Source: Candidatus Methanosuratincola verstraetei (GTDB lineage: Archaea; Thermoproteota; Methanomethylicia; Methanomethylicales; Methanomethylicaceae). From it: a DNA stretch of 64,000 bases. Below are positions 10,683 through 21,221 of the stretch, piece after piece. The notes under the pieces are model-generated. The model made no database searches. It was given only the letters and a program-made list of their open reading frames with translations, and was not told where the DNA came from. The stretch spans positions 64,001-128,000 of the forward strand of contig CP186953.1 in NCBI GenBank assembly GCA_049570475.1, written 5' to 3'. Within the stretch, counting starts at the first letter, position 1, and the number at the start of each line of letters is the position of its first letter. Position numbers and translations under genes: made by a program.

Positions 10683-11105
10683 GTGTCAAATCTGAAGGTT
10701 TTCACAAAGAACCTGGTCCTCGACACGGGTAAGAGAAGGGAAGCAATCAACATCACCAGGGAGATCCTAGGCGCAGTGACTGAGAGCGGGATCCGCTCAG
10801 GGATTTGTCTGGCATTCACGACCCACTCCACGAGCGCAATAATAGTCAATGAGGATGAGGAAGGGCTCAAATCGGACATTCTCAAAAAGACCGCAGAGGA
10901 CTTCCCGGAGAGCAGGGCTTGGGCACATAACAGGATAGACGACAATGCCGATGCGCACTTGGCCGGGGCCTATCTCGGGCCTTCGGTGACGATCCCTGTC
11001 ATGGGTGGCAGGCTTGCCCTCGGCACATGGCAGAGCGTATTCTTCCTCGAGCTGGACGGCCCACGGACGGGGAGGAGGGTCATCGTCCAAGTGATGGGCG
11101 AGTGA
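10683..11105 (+). CDS. YjbQ/UPF0047 family protein
   Basis: HSTSAIIVNE, DNADAH, LGTWQSVFFLELDGPR. Confidence 0.9.
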   Translation: MSNLKVFTKNLVLDTGKRREAINITREILGAVTESGIRSGICLAFTTHSTSAIIVNEDEEGLKSDILKKTAEDFPESRAWAHNRIDDNADAHLAGAYLGPSVTIPVMGGRLALGTWQSVFFLELDGPRTGRRVIVQVMGE

Positions 11106-11110
11106 TTCGC

Positions 11111-11548
11111 TCATCCCGAGCGGGACTTTAGGGATTCTGCTAGCGAACGGTACCTCTCGCTTTCCTCTTTCCTGCCCAATTTCTCGAGCGCGATTGCCAT
11201 GTTCTGAGCGGCCCTCGCGAACTTTGGCTCTATCTTCAGTGCCATGTCGAAGAACGGGATTGACTCCTCGACCTGGCCCTTCCTCATGAGGGCGATCCCC
11301 TTGCCCTCCCAGGCAAAGGCGAGCTCAGCATCGTAAGAGATTGCCTTGTCAAAGCATTCAAGGGCCTCATCGTACATGCCGAGGTTCACAAAGGCGATTC
11401 CCTTTCCTCCCCAAGCCACCGCGTTCTCGGGATCCATTTCAAGGGCAAGATCAAAATAGACGATCGCGTCCTCGTTCTTGCCGAGTTCGAGGTGGATCCT
11501 CCCTCGCGTTATAAGCTCGTTCAATGCACTCATCATGACACCCTGCAA
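11111..11548 (-). CDS. Tetratricopeptide repeat protein
   Basis: Repeated AWxGKGIAL...EA...FD.AL TPR units. Confidence 0.85.
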   Translation of the reverse strand: MQGVMMSALNELITRGRIHLELGKNEDAIVYFDLALEMDPENAVAWGGKGIAFVNLGMYDEALECFDKAISYDAELAFAWEGKGIALMRKGQVEESIPFFDMALKIEPKFARAAQNMAIALEKLGRKEESERYRSLAESLKSRSG

Positions 11549-11615
11549 TGCAACAAATAAACTATTACCAAATTTGTCTAATAAGGATTGTATCCGTTAT
11601 TCCGAACTGATCCCA

Positions 11616-12737
11616 TTATCCGATGGGGAGCCTGATTGTGAAGCGCGTGCCTTTGCCCGGCTCGCTCTGCACCTCTATTGATCCGCGGTGTGCTTCTATC
11701 ATCTTTTTGCAAATGGCCAAGCCGAGCCCCATCCCCTTTGCTTTCGTGGTGAAGAAGGGATCGAAGAGTTTTTTGAGGTTTTCAGGGGATATCCCAATCC
11801 CAGTATCGCTGAAGGATGCCTTGGCGTAATTCCCTTCCCTCACCATCGAGATCTCGAGGGATCCGCCCCCGGGCATGGCCTGGAAGGCATTGATTATCAG
11901 ATTTGTGAAGACCCTCCTGATGAGCTGGGGGTCGCCCTTTATCATGCCCAGTGTTGGATCGGCATTCACCACAACGGAAATGCCCTCGGGTCTGCTCACT
12001 GATTTCAACGCATCCTCGACGATCTCGCGCAGGTCCACCGCAAAGAATGCGGGCTTTGTGGACTTGGCGTAATCCTGGAGATCAGCCACCATTTTGTTCA
12101 TGAAGCTGACCTGTTTCTTCAGCTTCTCGAGGAAAGCGATGAAGCCGTGCTCCTCAAGCATTTTTTTCGCACTCTCAGGAAGGCTCTTTATCTCCTCCTC
12201 GGTGTTGTAAACCGAGTAAACAATTGCCTGGAGAGGGTTCCTCAGGTCGTGGCCCACCATTGCCGCGACCTTGCCTATTGCCGCGAGGCGCTTGACTTCT
12301 TCAAGGCTGGAATTTTCATCCTCGGGCACATCTGCAAGGATCGAATCGCTGGATTTCGGTGACCCCGGCGGCCTTCTTTCCAGCGACGCCTCGTTAATTT
12401 TCCCGCGCAACTCTGCCAATCCATAGAGTATTGAGACAAAACCCACTGCTTTGAGCAGGCCGCTCAAGAAGGCGCCAAAGATTTCGGGCTCCGCCGTGAA
12501 TTCGCCAAGCAGTCCCACAAGGAAGCCCAATAAAAGAGCGGCCAACCCGAACTTCAGGTAGGCACCCATCTCGCGCGAGAGCAGGCTGCCCGCCAGCAGC
12601 ACCGCCAGTATAACGCCCTCCATGAAGAGGCTGCTGTAGTTGATTTGTGCGTCAATCGGGAAGATCGATAACCAAGCAGCGGAAAGGGCGAAGGCAGCGG
12701 ATGCCGCGACAGGATAGATCAGGCGATCGCTTCGCAT
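11616..12737 (-). CDS. Membrane sensor histidine kinase
   Basis: About 4 N-terminal TM segments, H-box HDLRNPL, N-box NLIINA, DTGIG, FDPFFTTK, GMGLGL. Confidence 0.92.
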   Translation of the reverse strand: MRSDRLIYPVAASAAFALSAAWLSIFPIDAQINYSSLFMEGVILAVLLAGSLLSREMGAYLKFGLAALLLGFLVGLLGEFTAEPEIFGAFLSGLLKAVGFVSILYGLAELRGKINEASLERRPPGSPKSSDSILADVPEDENSSLEEVKRLAAIGKVAAMVGHDLRNPLQAIVYSVYNTEEEIKSLPESAKKMLEEHGFIAFLEKLKKQVSFMNKMVADLQDYAKSTKPAFFAVDLREIVEDALKSVSRPEGISVVVNADPTLGMIKGDPQLIRRVFTNLIINAFQAMPGGGSLEISMVREGNYAKASFSDTGIGISPENLKKLFDPFFTTKAKGMGLGLAICKKMIEAHRGSIEVQSEPGKGTRFTIRLPIG

Positions 12738-12834
12738 CAGGACCCATTCCTTCGTTATGATTATAAATACAAACCATTAATTAAACTTTCTACTGTCATA
12801 TTTGTGCAAAAACTGTAAAACATAAAAAAAATAT

Positions 12835-13998
12835 TTAGAGTATCTTTGAGGCAATCTTCATCGCGAGGATGGGGTGCCTCGAGAACTTCGCTACGACCCT
12901 CTTCACATCGAGGCCGTTCGCCAGGTCGACGATGTCATCGCCGCTCATCATCGAACCGAGGAGGTTCAGGTCGTCATCTCCGAGTGTCTCGAGCGCCCTG
13001 AGCACCTTGAGGCTCCTGCTTATCCTCGCCCCCCAGTACTCGCCATACGAGGCAGGGTATTTCCTGAGCGCCCAGGAATCTCCTGCTTCCAGCGCCTCCG
13101 CGACGCAGGCGCCTGCTATGCTCCCTGCCCCCATGCTTGTCCTGATGCCTCCGCCTGTGATCGGGATCACCTGCCCAGCAGAGTCCCCGCAGAGTAGGAC
13201 GTTACCCTTTACAATCTCCCTGATCTGGCCGCCGACCGGAACCCCGCCGCCCCCCTCCTTCACGACCCTTGATCCCTCAAAAATATCGGGGTGGGAGGCG
13301 ATAAACCTGTCGAGGTATGGCTTCGCTGGCTTGCCCCTGACGCCTATCCCAACGTTGGCGACATACTCGTTCTTTGCGAATATCCAGACGTACCCCAGAG
13401 GGGCAACTTCATTGCCCATGTAGATGCGTATGATGTCTTTCTCTGGGACCTTGCAATTCACCATCACATACTGTATAGTAGGGATGATCTCAAAGCCTGA
13501 AAGGTCGAAACTGCATGACTTGGCGACCCTTGATCCGACACCGTCCGCGCCAACGAGGTATTTGAACGTGATCTCCTTGTCCTCGCCCTTGTGGGAATAA
13601 ATCAGGCTCTTTGCAACCCCGCCCTCCATCTTGACGTCCTTGACCTCGGATCGCATCTCGAGGTCGGCACCCGCGGAGACCGCCTGGCTTGCCAAGGCGT
13701 AAAGGAACTGCTGCTTGTTGAGTATGTACCCGCGGTAGTCCCCCCCAGAGATCTTGACGCCTTTTGTCTCGTCGGGAGGGAAGACGTATGCCCCGTTTAT
13801 TGTGTTGGAGATGAGGGATGGGGACGGAGGGATCTCAGCAGTCTCGAAGGCCGAAACCGAGACTGCCTCGGCACATGCCCTAGTCCCGAGGTCTTTCTCC
13901 TTCTCAAGGATCAAAACCGAGAAGCCCTTGGAAGCGATCTTCCTCGCAGCCATCAGTCCTGCAGGGCCAGCGCCCACGACCACGGCATCATAGTCCAT
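12835..13998 (-). CDS. Digeranylgeranylglycerophospholipid reductase family FAD oxidoreductase
   Basis: GAGPAG, GADG, APLGYVWIFAK (PxGYxWxFP variant), GDSAGQVIPITGGGI. Confidence 0.85.
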   Translation of the reverse strand: MDYDAVVVGAGPAGLMAARKIASKGFSVLILEKEKDLGTRACAEAVSVSAFETAEIPPSPSLISNTINGAYVFPPDETKGVKISGGDYRGYILNKQQFLYALASQAVSAGADLEMRSEVKDVKMEGGVAKSLIYSHKGEDKEITFKYLVGADGVGSRVAKSCSFDLSGFEIIPTIQYVMVNCKVPEKDIIRIYMGNEVAPLGYVWIFAKNEYVANVGIGVRGKPAKPYLDRFIASHPDIFEGSRVVKEGGGGVPVGGQIREIVKGNVLLCGDSAGQVIPITGGGIRTSMGAGSIAGACVAEALEAGDSWALRKYPASYGEYWGARISRSLKVLRALETLGDDDLNLLGSMMSGDDIVDLANGLDVKRVVAKFSRHPILAMKIASKIL

Positions 13999-14049
13999 TT
14001 CGTTAAGCCCCCGTAAACGATAATCCCGCTTCTATATAAAAATCCATGG

Positions 14050-14952
14050 TCATCTTTCCAGCACTGCCCTGTTCCTGAGCGTCCCTATCCTCTCGACTGT
14101 TGCCTCGACAACGTCCCCGTCGTGGAGCTGCCCTATCTTCTCAGGCGTCCCCATTGCAATGAGCGCCCCAGGCTCCAGGGTCGTGAAAGAGGAGATGTAC
14201 TCGACCACAGATGGGACATCGAAGATCATCTCGCTTGTCCTCGAGCTCTGCCTGACCTCACCATTCACGCTCAATGAAAGGGAGAGCGACATCGGATCTC
14301 CGATCTCATCTCCGGTGACAATGAAGGGCCCGATGGGGGCGAATGTGTCGAAGCCTTTCGACCTCAGCCACGGTCGGGCGAGGGAGAAGTCCCTCTGCTG
14401 TATGTCCCTCGCTGTTATGTCGTTTAGGACGGTATACCCGAAGATCCTCGAGTATGCCTCGGATCTCGGGATGTATCGCCCGCCCTTCCCGATCACGACG
14501 CAGAGCTCGACCTCGTAGTCAACCCTCGCTGAGGCTTTGGGCAGCACGATCTCATCGCCAGGACCGACGACAGACCTAGAAGGCTTCATGAACACGACCG
14601 GAACTTCAGGGACAGGCCTCTTTAGCTCGGGCGCATGCGACCTGAAGTTGAAGCCGAGGCAGAATACTGCAGGGGGCCTCGTGATCGGTGCCCTCAGGCG
14701 TGCTTCATTCAGCCTGACTGCTTCTCGCCTTTCCTCCATTCCGATCAGGTCGGATCCGGAAAGGGAATCAACCGCTCCCTTAAGAGACGAGAGGAGGGCC
14801 CCGTCTGCGAGCTCTATGAAGGAGAGGAGGCTGAGATCTGCCCCTCCTATGATCTCCTTGATCGGCTCGAAGGAGTCCAGGCGGACCAGGTATTCTCCGG
14901 CAACGACGCCGGGGAAGAGTTTTGAGCCTTGCTCGAATGTGGCGAATTTCAT
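14050..14952 (-). CDS. Fumarylacetoacetate hydrolase family protein
   Basis: DYEVELCVVIG, GYTVLNDITARDIQ, KGFDTFAPIGP. Confidence 0.9.
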   Translation of the reverse strand: MKFATFEQGSKLFPGVVAGEYLVRLDSFEPIKEIIGGADLSLLSFIELADGALLSSLKGAVDSLSGSDLIGMEERREAVRLNEARLRAPITRPPAVFCLGFNFRSHAPELKRPVPEVPVVFMKPSRSVVGPGDEIVLPKASARVDYEVELCVVIGKGGRYIPRSEAYSRIFGYTVLNDITARDIQQRDFSLARPWLRSKGFDTFAPIGPFIVTGDEIGDPMSLSLSLSVNGEVRQSSRTSEMIFDVPSVVEYISSFTTLEPGALIAMGTPEKIGQLHDGDVVEATVERIGTLRNRAVLER

Positions 14953-15019
14953 AGCGACACCTGCGGTTTCAGAGTCTATAATGGCGATCTTTAAAAAGAT
15001 TGGGTATGGCAGGAAGGGA

Positions 15020-17467
15020 TCACCTGCCCTTGGAGAATACGATGAAGAGGACGACTGCGAGCGCCAGGATTACGATCCCAACCCCGATGATGTAAATCAT
15101 CGTATTGTCTGCGCCCCCAGAATATTCAGCGGTGATCGCTAGGGGTGAAGAGGCGGACGAGGCGTATATCTGCCCCTCAGGTATGCCGGCTACCACGGAC
15201 CAGGTCCCGCGTTTGTTCAAGTTCAGCTGTAGGCTGAACCCAGAGTCGTTCGTGTTCACGGTCATATTCGTCTTCACGTTTGTGGGGTCGGTGACGGTGA
15301 TTATAACCTGGGTCTCGGCGATCGGCGGGTAAATCCTGCCGTAGATGGCAACAGGAACCGAGGTCACATTCTCTGAGAGAGTGACCGTTCTCTTGGATGA
15401 ATTTAGCGTAACTGTAGGGGTCACCTTCAAACCTGGGGTCACCGTAACAGTGACGACCCCTGATTTGTTGGCGAAATGGCTGGCATTGCCCGGCCAGACT
15501 GCGTAGAATGAGTAGACGCCACCCTCATTGAGCGCCACTGTGTGGAAGAAGGTACCCTCGATCAGGGTAAGGTTGGCGATTTGATTGAAGCCCGAGCCGT
15601 TCACCGACCCGTATAGCCGCAACACCCCATCCTTCAGCGGGGCGGCGGTCCCGGTCAACTTGATCCTTGATCCAGGGGGGACGCTGGCAGCCGGCGAAGA
15701 CATCGCTATCTCCACAGGGGTCTTCGAGGAGGGGGAGAACGCCTCGATGGACAATGTGTTTGACTCGACGGGGTTGTATTGATTGTCGCCTGACCAGTAT
15801 GCCCTTATCCATATCATGCCAGGGGCATCTGGGACGAAGCTGAATGCGAACCTGCCGTCAGTCATTGATGAGTTCCCCGCGTACATGAAACCCGTACCGT
15901 TCTTGGACACAAAATACACCACTATGCCGTCTCCTGAAGCCGGGGACGAACCGAAAACAGTTACCTCTTGGCCTGCCATGACGTTTGCATACTCAGAACC
16001 TATGGTGAGCGCCGTGCTCTCCTTTGGGGGTCCGTAGACAACTTTTCCAGCAATGGAACCCTTCGGCATCTCGACCAGGGTTATGTCTGCCCGGACTTCC
16101 CCTTGACCAGCAACGACAGTGACGTTAATCTCGCCGTCATAGTACCCCCTTTTCGATGCCGTCAGTGGCACAGCAATAGAACTTTGACCGGCGGGCAGGG
16201 CAATCTCGATTGTATAGCTCCCATCATCCGAGCTCGACGTGTAGTCCGAAGGGGAAAATACCATGGCTGAAGATATTGGCCTGTTCATGGAGTCGAGCAC
16301 CCTCCCGGAGATCATTACTTTTGAAGCCCCAATCGTGGAGAGCTTGAAGTCAATATTCTTTGTCTCATGACCAGCCGTAACGAGCACAGTCTTGGATTTC
16401 GAGAATTCGTTGTTGGCAATGACGGTATAGTTTCCAGTACCAAGCCCTGTGTTTATCGAGTAAGTACCGTCTGAATTCGAGTAGGCATAGCCGAAGTACC
16501 TGTTGTCGCCGCTGAAGGCATAGACGAGTATTGATCCAGCCGGAGAATCATCCGAATAAACGATCCTACCCGAGATGATCCCAGAGCGCTTGAGTACGAA
16601 GTTAACGGTCGATGTAGATCCTGCAGTCAAATTCACAGTGGCGGAGTCCGAGATCGGATCAAAGACAAAACCGGTTACATCGTATATCGTCAGGTTGTAC
16701 CTGCCGCTGGGGAGGTTCGTCGATATGTTGAACCGCCCTAGGCTGTCGGCCTTTGCGAAAGCGAACCTAGATTGCCCGTCGATGCTGAAAGCCCTCAACG
16801 TCACCCCCGCCACAGGCGATCCGCTTTCATCCTTGACCGTGCCAACAATTATGCCCGATGGGTTGAGGCGGATAAGGACCCCTGATGTCGTTTGCCCCTC
16901 AACCGCAGCGATGCCGCTGACAGATCCAGTAATGTAACCAAAGCCAGACGCGGGGAAGTAAGGATCTATGTACCCGATTATTGAATAATTGCCACTCCTA
17001 ACGTTCGAATCAAAGGCGAATGCCCCTGAGGCGGAAGATCGGGCGAATGCCACAACCGAACCGCTCCCTTCGTCAACAAGGCGCAAAGATATGTTGGATA
17101 TAGGTTCGTCATCCGGCCCGACAACCATCCCCTCGATTCGTGCAGATGGGCTCAGGTTGATCACGCCAAGGTCCTTCAGGTACCCAGCGTAAATGTTCAC
17201 CCCGCTTAGGTAAGTGCTGATGTACCCGGGGGCTGAGACCTCCACGTCATAAGTGCCGGCTGCCAGCCCATCAATTATTGAGAAATCCCCCAAATTGGAC
17301 GTTGCCGTCGAGGCAACACCGTTATCTCCAGAGACGGCGACAGAGGCGTTCTCGATCACAATATACGACTCAATGGGAGATTCATCAAGCCCTAAATCCA
17401 TAGGCAGGGCAATGCTGTTGAGAAAGAGCAACAGCAGAATCGCGACCAGTAGTGCCTTGCGCTGCAT
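15020..17467 (-). CDS. Cell-surface protein with carboxypeptidase-regulatory-like/Ig-like beta-sandwich repeats and a C-terminal TM anchor
   Basis: Signal peptide, repeated I.G.V.D..G.P..G...DG.Y.I units, C-terminal hydrophobic helix followed by KGR. Confidence 0.75.
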   Translation of the reverse strand: MQRKALLVAILLLLFLNSIALPMDLGLDESPIESYIVIENASVAVSGDNGVASTATSNLGDFSIIDGLAAGTYDVEVSAPGYISTYLSGVNIYAGYLKDLGVINLSPSARIEGMVVGPDDEPISNISLRLVDEGSGSVVAFARSSASGAFAFDSNVRSGNYSIIGYIDPYFPASGFGYITGSVSGIAAVEGQTTSGVLIRLNPSGIIVGTVKDESGSPVAGVTLRAFSIDGQSRFAFAKADSLGRFNISTNLPSGRYNLTIYDVTGFVFDPISDSATVNLTAGSTSTVNFVLKRSGIISGRIVYSDDSPAGSILVYAFSGDNRYFGYAYSNSDGTYSINTGLGTGNYTVIANNEFSKSKTVLVTAGHETKNIDFKLSTIGASKVMISGRVLDSMNRPISSAMVFSPSDYTSSSDDGSYTIEIALPAGQSSIAVPLTASKRGYYDGEINVTVVAGQGEVRADITLVEMPKGSIAGKVVYGPPKESTALTIGSEYANVMAGQEVTVFGSSPASGDGIVVYFVSKNGTGFMYAGNSSMTDGRFAFSFVPDAPGMIWIRAYWSGDNQYNPVESNTLSIEAFSPSSKTPVEIAMSSPAASVPPGSRIKLTGTAAPLKDGVLRLYGSVNGSGFNQIANLTLIEGTFFHTVALNEGGVYSFYAVWPGNASHFANKSGVVTVTVTPGLKVTPTVTLNSSKRTVTLSENVTSVPVAIYGRIYPPIAETQVIITVTDPTNVKTNMTVNTNDSGFSLQLNLNKRGTWSVVAGIPEGQIYASSASSPLAITAEYSGGADNTMIYIIGVGIVILALAVVLFIVFSKGR

Positions 17468-17565
17468 CAATACCACACTAATCATAAAAGTCGTTTTTTG
17501 TTATAACCCTTTCTAAAGAATTTATTTATGCGTTCAAATCGATTTGGAATTTTTAAGGCTGGAAT

Positions 17566-18030
17566 TCACGACGATCCATAGTACCTTTTGTACTCAGCAT
17601 AGTGCCCCCTAAGGAATTCTTCGAAAGCCACCCTGCTCAGGCGGTCTGCCTCTTCGTTCTCCTCCCTTGGGACCCATTTGAGGGTGGCTTTGCTGAAGCG
17701 CTTAAGGAGATCCTCCGCCCTCCTGTGGAGAGCCACCAGACGCCTGGCCCTGACCGCATACTTTCCGGAGAGCTGGTTTATGACCAATTGGCTGTCGCCC
17801 CTTATCTCGACCTCGCCGCCGTAGCCTATGGAGAGGAGGTGCTCAAGACCCCTGATCAGCGCGTGGTACTCCGCGACATTGTTTGAGACGTCGTCGCCTA
17901 GCATTCCCGCCCCGACGAAGCCGCATCCCTCGTTGAGCTTCTTTCCATCTGAATAAATAACATACCCAAAAGTGGCCACGCCACCCGGGTTTTTGGGCAT
18001 GCAGAGGCCATCGAAATAGAGCGTGATCAC
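17566..18030 (-). CDS. rnhA: Ribonuclease HI
   Basis: YFDG..NPG, SNNVAEY, GDSQLVINQ, WVPREENEEADRLS. Confidence 0.92.
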   Translation of the reverse strand: MITLYFDGLCMPKNPGGVATFGYVIYSDGKKLNEGCGFVGAGMLGDDVSNNVAEYHALIRGLEHLLSIGYGGEVEIRGDSQLVINQLSGKYAVRARRLVALHRRAEDLLKRFSKATLKWVPREENEEADRLSRVAFEEFLRGHYAEYKRYYGSS

Positions 18031-18172
18031 AGGGGTTCCACTCGCCCGTTAGTTGGGAGGTTAGGCTTTAAACCTTGTGGGCTGGAAGGCACGAGAATGG
18101 GATTCTATTACTGATAATAATAAATAGATAGATTAAAATATAATATCGTTAGTATAATGCGGGGTGCCGAAC

Positions 18173-19309
18173 ATGGCAAGAAGGAGGGGCTTGAGCACTA
18201 CCGCGATCCACCACGGGTGTGCAGAGGGCGACGACATAATACCGCCAATCTACCAGACAGCTATCTTCAAGCACCCGAATGGGAAGCAGATACGGGGCAG
18301 GGACCTCAAGTACAGCAGGGAGGACAACCCGACTGTCAACCTGCTCGAGAGGAAGATGGCAGCCCTTGAAAGTGGAGAGGATTGCTTGGCTTTTTCTTCA
18401 GGAATGGCAGCGATCTCGACCCTCCTGCTCAGCCTGACACGGCAAGGGGATACAATTGTTACCTCGAAGGAGGTCTACGGGGCAAGCCTCATCCTAATGA
18501 GGTCTCTTGAGAAGTTCGGCATCAGGGTCAAGTGCGTCCTGAACGACAAGCTGGAGGGGGAGATTGGCAGCGAGACCAAGCTCGTCTTCGTCGAGTCGAT
18601 CACCAACCCGACCTTGAATGTGCCTGACATCAAAGGGATCGCCGAGGCCTGCCGCAGGAATGGGGCCACCTTGGTCGTCGACAACACATTCGCCACGCCC
18701 ATAAACTTCAGGCCGATCGAAGCAGGGGCAAAATATGTGGTGCACAGCGCGACTAAGTACCTGGGCGGCCACAACGACGCGATCGCCGGGGTCTTGATCG
18801 GACCGAAGGAGGGCATAGACAACGCCTGGGAGTGGAGGAGGAACCTTGGGGGGAGCCTGGATCCATTCGCAGCATACCTTGTGATAAGGGGGTTGAAGAC
18901 CCTGAAGCTCAGGGTTGAGGAGCAGAACAGGAAGGCGCAGCTTATAGCAGAGTTCCTTGAGCAGCACCAGAAGGTAAAGAAGGTCCACTACCCCGGACTG
19001 GAATCCAGCCCCAACCACGAGAGGGCAAAGGAGCTGATGAGGGGGTTCGGAGGAGTGGTCTCATTCGAGCTCGAAAACATGGAGAGCGCGATGAGGTTCC
19101 TGGGCGGGCTCAAGCTGATAAAGACTGCCCCGAGCCTCGGAGGGGCAGAGACGCTGGTGACCCACCCAGTGTCGTCATCGCACAAGAACATAAGCCCCGA
19201 GGAGCGTAGAGAGCTCGGAATTACCGATGGGCTCGTCAGGCTCTCTGTCGGGCTTGAGGACACAGAAGACCTGATCGCGGATCTAGAAGAGGCTTTGGCT
19301 GCTGCATGA
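18173..19309 (+). CDS. Cystathionine gamma-synthase/lyase (PLP-dependent Cys/Met metabolism)
   Basis: YSREDNPT, FSSGMAAI, ESITNP, VDNTFATP, HSATKYLGGH, SLGGAETL, RLSVGLE. Confidence 0.92.
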   Translation: MARRRGLSTTAIHHGCAEGDDIIPPIYQTAIFKHPNGKQIRGRDLKYSREDNPTVNLLERKMAALESGEDCLAFSSGMAAISTLLLSLTRQGDTIVTSKEVYGASLILMRSLEKFGIRVKCVLNDKLEGEIGSETKLVFVESITNPTLNVPDIKGIAEACRRNGATLVVDNTFATPINFRPIEAGAKYVVHSATKYLGGHNDAIAGVLIGPKEGIDNAWEWRRNLGGSLDPFAAYLVIRGLKTLKLRVEEQNRKAQLIAEFLEQHQKVKKVHYPGLESSPNHERAKELMRGFGGVVSFELENMESAMRFLGGLKLIKTAPSLGGAETLVTHPVSSSHKNISPEERRELGITDGLVRLSVGLEDTEDLIADLEEALAAA

Positions 19310-19312
19310 GAG

Positions 19313-19834
19313 TCACTCGGGCGGTATTATAGCGCTGTTCCCGAGGTCGTCCTCTATTATAATCGTGAAGGGCAGGGATCCGCCCATTGCCGACTTTATC
19401 CTCTTTACCGCCAATTCTGCCTCTTCCTTCTTCGGGCCCTCCGTGATACCCGCGAGCTGCTCGGCGACCTCGAGGAAACGCTGCAGTACACCTTCGACAT
19501 TTGTGACAAAACCGACTGGCCTGGATCCAGGGCTAAGCTCTAGCCCCAGCTCTGGTATCAGAATCTTCCCGCTGGGTGATCTTATCACCCTCGCGCTGAG
19601 GTCTTTCCCGCCCGAGACCCGGAATTCTATCTTCTTTATGCCCCTGCTCTCAAGCGGGATCTCGTGGTATGCCCTAACACCGCACTTCGGGCAGAACATC
19701 GAGACCAAGACGGCCATGCCCAGCCCCGGGATCTCGTCGTAGAGCTCCTCGACCGCAAGGGTATCCTCGCCGCAGCCCGGGCAGACTGCCTTGTATGAAA
19801 GATGCTCGCGCTTTCCCATATCGACCAGAGGCAT
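19313..19834 (-). CDS. ZPR1-type zinc finger protein
   Basis: CPGC...CPKC, IPELGLEL.PG, TNVEGVL, IIEDDLGNSAI. Confidence 0.88.
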   Translation of the reverse strand: MPLVDMGKREHLSYKAVCPGCGEDTLAVEELYDEIPGLGMAVLVSMFCPKCGVRAYHEIPLESRGIKKIEFRVSGGKDLSARVIRSPSGKILIPELGLELSPGSRPVGFVTNVEGVLQRFLEVAEQLAGITEGPKKEEAELAVKRIKSAMGGSLPFTIIIEDDLGNSAIIPPE

Positions 19835-19886
19835 TTATCAAAACAAGATATATATGGTTTGCACAGAACGATCAATGTGACCGCAA

Positions 19887-20183
19887 ATGCCAGGGCTCCC
19901 GATAGAGGTCGTCCTCTTCAAGTCCGAGAACTGCGCGGGCTGCCAGGCTGCAGACAGGATAATCTCCTCCAAGGTAAGCGAGCTGAACTCGAGCCAAGAG
20001 GCCGTCAGGCTCATCAAGTACGACATTGATACCGAAGAGGGATTCAAGGAGGCTGAGAAGATGGGCGTCGAGTCGACCCCTGCAGTCTTCGTCTCCGGGG
20101 AGAGGTACATGGGCAAGATCGGGGACGAGTTCTTCGAGTTTCTGTGCAAAAAGATAAGCGAAAAAGCGAAGGCGCTTGCGTGA
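19887..20183 (+). CDS. Thioredoxin family protein
   Basis: CAGC active site and GVESTPAV cis-Pro motif; 98 aa. Confidence 0.8.
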   Translation: MPGLPIEVVLFKSENCAGCQAADRIISSKVSELNSSQEAVRLIKYDIDTEEGFKEAEKMGVESTPAVFVSGERYMGKIGDEFFEFLCKKISEKAKALA

Positions 20184-20247
20184 TATTGGGACAGCAGAGG
20201 GTTGCGCGGCGGATCTGGGCATGGCGGACTCGGGGGGTTTGCGCTCA

Positions 20248-20760
20248 ATGAGGCTCAAGGAGATTGTGATCAGTCCGATCGGCATCGTCAGGACAGGATG
20301 CGCCGACTCAGAAGTGGGCGAAAGCTTCGATGGGGTCCCAGGGAGGATCGAGATCTTCAATGAGTACTCCGAGGGGCTCGAAGGCATAGAGGGATTCTCG
20401 CACATAATAGTAGTCGCCTTCTTGGACAGGGTCAAAGCCGCTGAGAGGAAGGTGCTGAAGGTCAGGCCGAAGTGGCTTGCCAAGTATGCCGACGACCCCA
20501 AAAAAGTCCCTGAGGTCGGGGTATTCAATACCCGGTCCCCCCATAGGCCGAACCCTATCGCCTTGAGCGTGGTCAGGCTTGTAAGGAGGGTTGGGAATGT
20601 CTTGGAGGTCGAGGGGCTCGATCTTTACGACGGGACGCCTGTGCTCGACATCAAGCCGCATGTGCCGCAAGACCTCGGGGGCGAGATCAGGTTCCCCTCC
20701 TGGTTCAACGAGATGAGGGAAAAGGTCAGGAAGGAAAAGGGCAAGGATTTGACTTTTTGA
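20248..20760 (+). CDS. tsaA: tRNA m6t6A37 methyltransferase TrmO/TsaA
   Basis: PIG, GLEGIEGFSH, GVFNTRSPHRPNPIALS, DLYDGTPVLDIKP; start could be further upstream. Confidence 0.9.
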   Translation: MRLKEIVISPIGIVRTGCADSEVGESFDGVPGRIEIFNEYSEGLEGIEGFSHIIVVAFLDRVKAAERKVLKVRPKWLAKYADDPKKVPEVGVFNTRSPHRPNPIALSVVRLVRRVGNVLEVEGLDLYDGTPVLDIKPHVPQDLGGEIRFPSWFNEMREKVRKEKGKDLTF

Positions 20761-20861
20761 CGCAATGATGCCCAGCAGTATTCCCTGCAGGGGATCAGGA
20801 CCCCAGGATTGGACCTCCGTTAGTGTTATATTGCATCTGCGCTTTATTAAAACGGATCAAA

Positions 20862-21125
20862 ATGGAGTTTGGATGGATAATAAACCTGATAGGAATTGCG
20901 TTCAACGGGCTTAGGTGGGCAATAGAGAGCATATTGAGCATGACGCTCTTCAAGGTAAACCCCGAACTCTCAGAGGCGTTTGCGAGCACCATAGCCCTGC
21001 TCGTCTCGCTCACCGCAGCATACATTCTGCTCGTGGTGGTGAGCGCGGGAAAGAAGATACTCGGGATAATTATACTCCTGGGCTGGGCCCTCCTGATAGT
21101 GAGCATGATAATCTCTGCACTCTGA
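20862..21125 (+). CDS. Small membrane protein, hypothetical
   Basis: 2-3 hydrophobic helices; upstream TTTATTA box. Confidence 0.6.
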   Translation: MEFGWIINLIGIAFNGLRWAIESILSMTLFKVNPELSEAFASTIALLVSLTAAYILLVVVSAGKKILGIIILLGWALLIVSMIISAL

Positions 21126-21221
21126 AATTTAAGGTCAAAAACTTTGGCGTTTGCAGGAATGGCTCAGGATGCGCAATGCCTGCCATCATGATGCAGCGCA
21201 AGGCAGCTCAGCACATAACCC

